A stretch of 62,268 bases of DNA, counting the filler, from Choristocarpus tenellus KU-1152 (taxonomy: Eukaryota > Protista > Phaeophyceae): the NCBI GenBank assembly GCA_964200185.2. It is 9 parts of 9 records of this genome, joined end to end, with 100 filler letters (N's around TTAATTAATTAA, not from the genome) between each part and the next. Parts side by side here need not be neighbours in the genome. Positions count along the whole stretch, not along the records: positions 53,080 to 56,742 come from CAXNAD020018650.1; positions 56,843 to 62,268 come from CAXNAD020010818.1; 7 more parts are not named here. One strand, given 5' to 3'. The notes beneath the pieces were generated by a model that was given only the letters and a program-made list of their open reading frames with translations, ran no database searches and was not told the DNA's origin. The position numbers and the translations under genes are program-made. This document shows positions 53,080 to 62,268 of this stretch, piece after piece. How positions within the stretch are numbered: the stretch's first letter is position 1; each line of letters starts with the position of its first letter.

Positions 53080-54380
53080 CTGGCCCAGATCCCCTCCCAG
53101 GACCTGTACCTGTACCACGTTGCTGTGGGTGCCCCTGCTGCTGATGCTGCTGCTCCTTCCAGACTCCAACCAGCAAGCTCCGACATTGAGCATGTTTATG
53201 GCCAACGTTGGGCCAAAGTATCTTAGAGGGTAGAGCCGTGTCTCTTTGTGGGGACCAAAATCCAATGTTGCAATTTGATTTCATTTTGGCAATAGTGTTA
53301 GGAAGTATCAACATCCTTGTTGCGGACATACACATGGTACCTACTCCGAAACATTTCGGAATAGGAAAATGTCGTAAAAAAACCGTGGGAGGCCAAGCCC
53401 CAAACGGACAAACAGGGCAAAACTCGTACCCTCTAAGATTCTTTCACTCCTTCCCACATGCATCACAAGTTCCTTTGAACTTGTCCTTCCTTACACCCAA
53501 TCCTGCACTAGGTGTGCCTCCCCCTGACTTGCCAATCTTCTCCTCAAACTTAGGCTTCCCCTTGGTGTTTGCCACCAGGTTCGCCGAGCTTGGTTTGTTT
53601 CTTTTCGAATGCCTGAGCCCTCTCATACGTTCTCCATTTTTCAGCTTGCTCCTTCACCCGATCAAAGACCTGGTCTGGATCCTTTTTGAGCTCAGGGTCT
53701 CATGATACATGCTTTGAAATTTCTGCCTTAAATGAAGGGGGTTTGAGCCCTGTAATAAAGGCCTCAGAGAGTATCTTTCCCGGCCCCGCCTTCCAAGCCT
53801 CCCTTACTCCTCCTGCATTCTGGCGGAAATACGCCATCCAGATTGTTATCTTCGAGATAGCCCCCGATGTCCTGGATCACTCCCATGACCTAATCAGCAG
53901 TGGCCCCTTCATTTCCCATCCGGGCCACCCTCTGCAAATCCCCTTGGATTTGCCCAGTGTCGAAGGCGCGGTCTTCGTCATCAACTCGTGCCAACTTTTT
54001 AAGCGCTTTTAGGAGTTGTTCCTCCAATACTGCACTTTTCAATTCGCCTCTCACCAGTGCTCCTCTCTGAGTAACGGTAAGGGACTCGGACACAGCGTCA
54101 TAAGTACAATTTGCACACCTCCTTTTGAGTGCTGCACCCTAACGCTTATCTCCTATTCCCTTCAAGCTATCAGAAACTCTCTCACCTCATTCTCTGCCAG
54201 TCTCTCAACCCGTGGAGGTTGAATATGCTGCACAATCTGCAGCTTAGACCAATCGGTCTCATACAAGCCCCCTCAGGCTGTGCCAGGTCCATCTCGGTCG
54301 TCCTCGAAATGTTGGATCCCTTAAATCCGGTCGCTCTGCTGGTTTCTATCCGGTTGTGTGCAATCCAAGCCCCAGCAAGT
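53080..54380 (-). mobile_element. Degenerate Copia-type gag region with zinc knuckle
   Basis: Minus-strand frames give gag-like text ending KFKGTCDACGK / VGHKHAQC (CX2CX4HX4C split by a MITE); possible LTR edge TGTTAC near 54379. Confidence 0.7.
53210..53449. mobile_element. MITE family B, complete, inserted into a gag zinc knuckle
   Basis: GGGCCAAAGTATCTTAGAGGGTA / TACCCTCTAAGATTCTTTCACTC; flanks GTT/CTT. Confidence 0.92.
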
Positions 54381-55203
54381 GTTACAGGCGAATAGCGCGA
54401 GTAATTCTTCCCGCGCTTTAGCCAGCGCGAGCACTATATGCGCGTGGGGAACCCCAAAAGGGGGAACTCCGATTTGCCTAAAGGTTGCAGAATAAACTGG
54501 GTAGTTGCAGAGGGTCACGGATGGATGGTCGGAAAGGGTTCTCAGATATGTGCAAGTATTTGTAAACCCGAATAATCCCCAAACGGCAAATTATGATTAG
54601 AGTTCCTAAAAACGGCTCAAATCGGCTCAGTTCTTCGGACCTAAAAAGACCCACACAAAGCTCACTCTTGTCTGATGCCAAACTTTATATACTTTTCTTA
54701 TACTGATTGATTCATTTGAGAGTACCCCTGTTCTGTTGAGCTGACGTTCGATAATCTTTGAATTGGACTTGACTTGTATATTCTGGAAAGGTGGGCATTG
54801 AGAGGCGCCTGTAAAATGGAGGTCCTACCGCCTCTCTTCAAACTGGAGGGATTACTCTTTGTTCACCCCAGCACATAGGATTGTTTTCTTGCTCCACCTG
54901 GATTGTTTTCTTGTTCCACCTGAAATTGTGGTCTTCATTCGTCGTCTACGAGAGTCCCTCCCTGGACTCGTCGTCTTCATGGGTCTTAGGGCTTATGTGG
55001 CTCTGAGGGAATCACCCCTCTCTAACCGTAAAACGAGTGGCCTCTGATCGCCAAATCACTAGCCTATAGTCATAGAATGAGTCGTCTTTGATCACCAAGA
55101 CCGAGACATTGCCTAGGTAGTCAATTGTTCTACGTTCCTTTACTCACATATGGTTGCTCGCTTTTGGTTGCCATCTTGCCCTTTATCCCCCAGGTTGATC
55201 GAC

Positions 55204-56742
55204 ATGTCGGGCTCACAGAATTCGCGCGAAGCTGAGGTTGCCTCCGACGTGCAAATCCTCCAAGGAATCGATGATGCCGAGAGATTCCAGTCCAGTACCA
55301 CAACTCAAGGCAATTCTGGCCACAACCGTGCCCACAATGCTAGACCTCGAAACAGGCGCAGAAAGCACGTTCGTTTTCGGTCTTCCACTCGTGGCAGATC
55401 CCTCTCCAGATCGAGATCCCGGGACAGGCGCTCTCACCAGGACGGACGGGAGGCCAGAGAAAATCGCAGAGGTCGCACTCGTTCACCGCGTTGTCACCGT
55501 CGGACCAGTGATTATTATTCTTCACGCAGGTCTGTATCACCCAGACCATCTCGAAGGAATAGCCTGAGTGCGGTACGTCAGTCCAGAGAGGTTGAGGCAG
55601 AGTTGTGAAGAGAAATTCATGAGTTACTTTCACGGAGTCGCATGAGTCACAACCTGATAGGCAGGAGCGCAACCTCGACATGCGTTATCATCAGGATTGT
55701 GTTAAAACCATGGAACGCATTCATAGGAAACTCGGAAACCCTGCTAAAGGCCCCGTCTTTCTTGGAGTACCTGCAGATAACTCCGCCCCAACCATGTCAA
55801 ATAATCCCGTTTTTTTTGCTGATGCTCTTACCAAGGCTTTAGGGAGAGTTCAAGGAGGATCGCGGGCCTTGCCCAAAGACCGTGTCCACTATCATAATAC
55901 ATCACGCCCACGTAGTGATGCCCTCACCCATTAAAGCATCGAGCTTGTTGAGCAACTGCTGTCTGACTCTCTTAGGACCCACAGTGATCTCTTAAGCGAC
56001 TCACCTACAGTGGAAGTCCCGAGCGTCACCGGACAGCTCCTTCGAGTGTTCCTAGGGAAGACATGAAAGCAACGGAGTGGGTTCGAATCCTAGTGAGAGA
56101 ATTCACTCTTTCTTATAGTCAGTCGAAGAATGCCGTAAAGAACGCAATGGGTTCTTTAAGGACTGAAAGAGGGGAATCTTGGAAAGCTGCAGCCAATCGA
56201 CGTGTCTTACATTATCTGGCATATACTGTAGATTCGCGGATGCCTCATGTTTGTGAGACAACTCTCTTTTGGAGGTATATAGCTGAACATCAACTTATTG
56301 ATCTATGTGAATGATCTTTTCCTATTCTTCTTCCCAATGTTCTAGATCAGATTGGAGTGCAGTCGATGGCATTTTCAGTTCGAAAGGAAATTTGGAGTCA
56401 AATTCGCCCACTGGCAATTTCCGAGAATAATCCTTCAGAAGATGAAATGGTATACAGCGGGGAATTAAGGCAGAACGGATATTTGACGATCTTTTGTTCA
56501 ATCGTAGCGACCAGTACGCATTTGTCCCAACCAATCAAAACGCTACAAAATCTACGTCGTACAAAGATAAGACACCCCCTGCCTTAGGTAGCATGGCTAA
56601 CGCTCGTGCTATGTTTGCAAAGCATATCCGACCCTTTGTCTGCCCCAGTTGAAGCCCCGATAGGAGGACAGGAACTGGAACTACCCCAACACAGCAAGAC
56701 ATCCCTGCCGCGTGAGGTGCCAAGCCAGAATCCACCACCACA
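55204..56742 (+). mobile_element. Intronless decayed ORF, probably retroelement ORF1/gag-like
   Basis: Arg/Ser-rich N-terminus (RGRSLSRSRSRDRR) continues through stops and frameshifts (55680-55934, 56063-56314, 56357-56587) with no introns; no diagnostic motif seen. Confidence 0.4.
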
Positions 56743-56842
56743 NNNNNNNNNNNNNNNNNNNNNNNNNNNNNNNNNNNNNNNNNNNNTTAATTAATTAANN
56801 NNNNNNNNNNNNNNNNNNNNNNNNNNNNNNNNNNNNNNNNNN

Positions 56843-59800
56843 GGAAAAGGGGGAGGGGGGGGGGGGGGGGCGGGGGGGGGGGGGGGTACCGATGAACGCC
56901 TTGGGTGTCAATCATCACCCTTCCCGGTCCCCAGATGGAAAGGAAAGAGGGGCATGGGTTGGTGGTGGAATAACTAGCGATAGAAACAGAGGTGTAGTGT
57001 CTGGGGGGGTCTTCGGATTGGAGCGGAGAGGAACTGCACCATCTGGACTGGGGAAGGGACTGGGGTTGCAGGCGGGGGCTTTGGAGGGCGTGCCTGGGCC
57101 TGGGCCTGGGCCTGGGCCTGGGCCTGGGCCAGCGTCACCGCTGACTAGTGTAGGGGAAAAACCCCACCGTAAAAAAAAATCGAGTGAGTGTCAAGTGGAA
57201 TGGATGCATGTTAACCTTTGTAGTTTTTTTGTTTTTAGACTGTGCTGCAGTTGTTGCTCTCCAGCAAGGTGTGCAGTGGGTGTGGTTGGTATCTATCCTG
57301 TCACCTGGGGGTGTATGTATGTATGTATGTATGTATGTATGTATGTATATGTATGAATGTATGTATGTATGGCTTTGGTGTTGGGTTTTTTTCAATGGTC
57401 GTTGGGTGCTGATTGATGTCTTTTCTTTTGTGTGAGTGCGAGGTCTCTTTTGATCTGTTGTGGTGATGGATTTTATGCTCTCGGTGGTGGGGAATTAGGG
57501 TTAGGGTTAGGGAGGATAGTAAGAACTTTGGGTAGAGCAAAGGGGACGTTGGTTTTACGGTACTGCTTGTCATTACGGCATGTGTTTTGACCTGTTCATA
57601 TGTAAGGAGTACCTGTGGCCTGAAGAGAAGCTGTTCCACATCAATTTTTGAAGCTGCTGTAACTGTCGTCAAAATGCAATATGCTTGCTCACGGGGTGAA
57701 GACAACTGGTAATCATGGAAACTTCTGTTGGGATGTCTTTGCCTAGTTCAATTCAAATCTTTGAAATCACGCAGTGCACTGTTGTTCAAGTGAGATGTAC
57801 AGAAAGAGTCACTGCTGAATCAGCCGTCCAGCCGTACACAGTGATCTTTTTGGGGGGAGGGGTGCACTAGAGTCATGCATCTAGTAGGTGTATGCAAAAA
57901 ATGCAGACGATACTCCGTTGACAATGAAGGAAAAAGCCAATCTCTTGAGCATCTCTGACCTACAGTTTGCTTTTTATTTTTTTGGTCAGGAAAAAAAGTG
58001 TTCCTAATCTGCTCTCTGTTCGACCTAGAATTGGACATTCCGTGAGTAAGATGTGGAACTGTTCGTCGATAGTATAGTATCATCTCGATAAAAGAGTGGA
58101 AGGGGAGTGTGCTTCTCTGTCCCAGCTGTCACCTTCACAACCGGTACATGTTTTGGTGGTTGTTGTAAGGGACATGAGGGTGTGTTGGAACTGCTATCTG
58201 TAACACCTCCCCTTCCTCCTGAGATCATTGTGTGTACTGTTGACTGTAGTGCTGATATGCAGTTTAAAGCATGTTCCAGTTGGCGTTTTCTTTTTGTGAC
58301 CCAAGTGATTGGGCTGTAATTTTGATGTTCAGAAATGACTAAATGTGCTAATGTAGTGTTTAATATCATCATTCACTAAACTTGATATTCTTCAGGGTGG
58401 CTTGGTACTGAGCTTCGCCCTGATCTGCCCTTGATTGATGCCTCTCTCCCCTTTGTCTATTATGTTGGTGTTTGCACCAGCAATCAATCTGTTTATGGCG
58501 GATGGGGTGGTTAGCCTTGGAGAGGGCCAGGGGCGATCTGAAGGTGATTCATCCCCATCTAGGAAACGGAATCCTGGAATTGCTTTCGGGGGATCCTCCA
58601 ATGGATTAGTTGGAGGAGGGTCTAGCCTGTTTGGGTCTCGTACACGAAGATCACCTCAAGGGTCCACCGGGGGGGGGGGGTCATCTACGAAGGGCAGTGA
58701 GCGGGATGAAAGTGAGGAAGTTAGCAATGAGGAAGGTGAGGTGGCATCAATGCCCTCTACAGTATAGTGATGTGAGGCATGTCCTGTGTACACAGAGGCT
58801 GATAATGGTGTTAGTGAGTGGTGTTTGGACTGGAGCATTTCATTTGTTGAACTAAGACGATTTGGAGTTTGGAAGGCGTATTGCTATCCGCTTTTCAAAT
58901 GGTGTGAGTGCAATGGTACTGGTTGAGAGTGATCGATGCCCTCGCTCAATATTCTTTGCATGTGTAGCAACTGTATCCATGTTCTTACAGACTGAATGCA
59001 ACATGAGTAATTTGGTCGCATACTAGGTATACTAGGTATCAGACATTGTATTATCAATAGTGCATGATTTATGGTCCAATGTTTTATGTTGTTGAGTTTT
59101 ATATACTTCAGTGTAGGCTGGTGCTGGGCGTTTTTCCCTTTGGCAGTACACCCTGGACCCTCAAATTCTCCAAGTTTTGATGCCCCTGTCTCCAATTTGT
59201 TGAAACACCAGTTGTTTGGTTTTTCTCCTTGAGATTTTGCTGAAATGATACACTCGATGATAGACTGGCTATAAATGATTACAGACCTCTGGAAATTTCT
59301 TTTTTATGAGACTGGCAGCCTGAACGCAGCTGTGAAAGCCAATCTCTGATACTTGAAAGTGTGAGAAAGTGTAAGGGTTGTGTATCCTGTGAATCAATTG
59401 GGGAAGTGTGGGAAATAATTGACAGCCTTGCTCATCTTTGTTCATATGTGGTTCTGTCCTAAGATGTTGTTTACCTTAGTTTCTGTCCATCACTGAAGTA
59501 CTGCAGTTTGTCCTGGTTATCAGATTAAGATTTACCCTCTTGACGAATGCTTGGATGTAGCCCTTTCTATGCATAAGTTGTGACTCAAGCACTGATTGGG
59601 AAGAGTTTCTTTGGTTTCGATTTTCAAATGTGGTTATCAGTGGCATATGAGATGGCATTGGAACAGATCATCACAGATCTAGAGGACTTGGAGGAGCGTG
59701 TGGAGAATCTGAATGTGGACCAGAAGACTAATGAGGACATCCTCCTCAATGTGCTCAAGAGAGTGGATGAAACTGAGAAGGACTTGAGAAAGGTCAGCAG

Positions 59801-61660
59801 TCACCTGCATATACCTTCCCTTTAGTAGTGACTCTGGTCCTATTAGTACACAATTTCCCCAGAGTGTTTCTTTTTACCCATTGCCCTTTTTTTATATTGG
59901 ACAGGTGCAACGGCATTTGAATGGAGTACATGGGAAATTTTGAAACCCTCAATTAAATTTTCATTTGATTAGACCTCAGATGGGAGGAGTACTTTCCGGA
60001 GTGCTTGCTCTGTCTAATATATATTCGTACTTGTAGGAGACTTTACAGGGTCATACAAAAATGATTATTTGTGTGTTGCAGGCAGAGAGCACACTGTAAG
60101 TGGTGGTGTATGGTAGGTTGGTCTGAGATGTGTGTGGATATAGTGGGTAGAGTGTACATCACTTGTGATGTCATTTTAAAGCTTATCGTAAGGAGATGTT
60201 GTACCCTCCTGAGTACATGTTTGGTGCATGAGATGCAGTGAAGTGAAAAAGTGCCTACAACACTGGGTGTGTATTGTCTGATGCCCCAAGACCTGTCTGT
60301 CCCCTGGATAGATGTGAATTTTGTATTAATGGTTATGGTATGGTGTTTGGCGTGGTTTGGTGTGGTGTGGTGTGGTGTTCAGATGAAACGTGCAGGTAAG
60401 GAGAAGGAGTTTGAGGCAAGGATGGCAAATGCTACTGCTGCTGATGGTGCCCAGGGTTCTGATGTTCTGCCAAGTTCAAGTCTCCGGAGAGCAGAGACCG
60501 ATCATGGAAAAGCAAGCTTTGCAACTGTGTTGGAGGTTGGAGAGCTCAGACAAGCAATTGCCTTCAAGGTTGGTCAACCCTGGACAGCCTTTCTGCAGTG
60601 CTCGTAATTGATTTACCAAATGCTACTGCTGCCAACTATATCATGGGGGTGATGTTGAAGTACTATATTAATGTTAATGTTAATGCAGTGTTGATTCCTT
60701 TTATCGGGGATACTATACACCCTGTGCTGTTTGTTACTTGACTGCTTCTGTTGAAAAGAAAACAAAAACATCATCTTGCAGTTGTGGCCTGGTTGGTTGC
60801 ACAAGAAAACTTCAACAGCTCGTTAAGACTCTAATCCTACCCCGTCTCAGGCATGGGGAAATAACACAGTACTTTGTTGGTCATCATCGTTCTACTTGAA
60901 ATACATGTGTTTATGCCAAGTTGTGGACATTGTCATGCCGCCATTTCTTTATCATAGTTAATCTAGGATGCAAGTTGATCTCCTGTCTGTGGCATGGCAA
61001 GTGGACCAATCTACTTGAGAGCATTTTGTTGCTAGATTCTTGCGTTGACCTCACTCTTGCGATGATCAGGTTGTACACACACCCATGTCATGGCGATGCT
61101 ATGCTTGGACATAAACAAATGTGTCATGTCATTTATGATCTATGGGATGCATGGCCTTGGTGATGCTGGTAGGATAAATAGTACTAAATCATTGGAAGTA
61201 TTCATTTACCCCTAACCCTAATTTACCAGACTGCAGTGGGGAGTGCTAACATACAACGACATGGTGGTAGTGTGGTAGTGTTGTGGATTGGGACGGTTCA
61301 GCTGTTTCAATTTGTTGGCTGTGTTTTCACATGTGTGCATGCCATGCAATTCCCTTTGGAGAGGCATTTGCTTCGAATTGATTTCACATATGCACATGAA
61401 TGCTTTTGAAGTCAATTCAGAAATTGTTTCATGGCTCTGTTATCCGGTGTGGGCCTCACTGACGCCGTTGAGATTGAGATTGCATTTGAATTTGAATTTC
61501 CATGAATGTTTGTTTGCATGTACAGGACAAGGAGCTCAGGGATATCCGAAACCGCATGGAAGACCGTGAAGGTGAATTTGAAACTGTCAAGAGGGCAGGG
61601 AAGAATATGAGGGAACGCCTGGATGAGAAGGAAATTGAGCTGCGCGACTTGGCAGAAAGG
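56843..61660 (+). CDS. Internal part of a multi-exon gene encoding a Gly-rich / coiled-coil protein
   Basis: Exons about 56843-57183, 58481-58735, 59641-59792 (MALEQIITDLEDLEERVENL..), 60383-60568 and 61526-61660 (DKELRDIRNRMEDREGEFE..), with AG/GT borders. Confidence 0.7.
58880..59560 (-). mobile_element. Non-LTR (LINE) RT C-terminal remnant in an intron
   Basis: Minus-strand IQAFVKRVNLNL, SHTFKYQRLAF and MRPNYSC resemble LINE motifs (gL.in..K, FKYLG, rP.leY). Confidence 0.4.
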
Positions 61661-62246
61661 GTGAGGAGTTAGTAGTACATGTGGGATGGAAGGAAGGGAA
61701 ATAGTAGTTACCTGTTTTTTTGTTTTTTTCCTCTCGCTCGTTTAAAGTTTGTTTGCCTTTGCTCTTCTTGTGCTTTGGATGCATGATTTCTCTCACAAGT
61801 GCATGGTGTAATCTGCAGGGCGTTACAGGGTAGGATGAGATATCCCCCCCCCCCCTTGGGTTCCACTAGGAAGAAGAAACCAGGCCTGGAGTATATACAA
61901 ATCTGTAGTGGTTTGATTTGTCAACCGAGAGGATTTGCAGTTTGTGATTATAATTGATTGTAGTTGGTTCAGCTCTCACTGATCAATCGTGACTAGTCTG
62001 GGTTGTAGCATGCCAGCAGTGACTGCATACACACAAGGAAAAAGGCCCACTAGAAGTGAAAAACAAATGAGATCTAATATAGTGCTCATGCACATTCCGA
62101 CTGACCAAACACACTATATTTTTTTGGTAAATAGTTGATCGTGATTTGTGGGATGTGATCAATTATGATCGGGACCAGTTCATATCTCTAGTATTTTAGT
62201 ATTTTAATAGTCAGATTTGTACCCTCTACTCAGAATATTGTACATG

Positions 62247-62268
62247 GGCTCGAAGTATCTGGGGGGCG
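62247..62268. mobile_element. MITE TIR at window end
   Basis: GGCTCGAAGTATCTGGGGGG. Confidence 0.75.

Noticed and set aside
1-62268. Fanzor/TnpB, CRISPR-Cas, rRNA or tRNA genes
   Set aside because: No RuvC or Cas motifs in the ORF track, and no rRNA/tRNA signatures recognised. A covariance-model search was not possible.

Overview
Eukaryotic genomic DNA, not a continuous locus. The window is nine contigs joined by an artificial 100-bp spacer (N44-TTAATTAATTAA-N44): 1-4782, 4883-16876, 16977-24861, 24962-37128, 37229-41264, 41365-49082, 49183-52979, 53080-56742 and 56843-62268. Short exons in long GT-AG introns, dense TE debris and scattered TTAGGG-type repeats suggest a stramenopile or brown-algal genome (inference). 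Recognisable host sequences are a decayed, almost intronless TRP-channel gene, exons of a sedolisin/TPP1-like S53 peptidase, exons of an EAG/CNBD-type K+ channel, the 3' end of an importin-13/transportin-SR-like gene, and three multi-exon genes of unknown function. Mobile DNA includes Copia gag-protease-integrase, other retroelement relics and a probable KDZ-type transposase pseudogene. The most coherent signal is about 18 copies or ends of related MITEs (about 175-bp family A, 240-265-bp family B). They share an AAAGTATCT TIR core and a subterminal TGTCCATTTGG box, and show 3- or 4-bp target duplications. Also notable are a possible fossil HUH/CRESS-virus Rep and telomere-repeat-like changes inside MITE TIRs.
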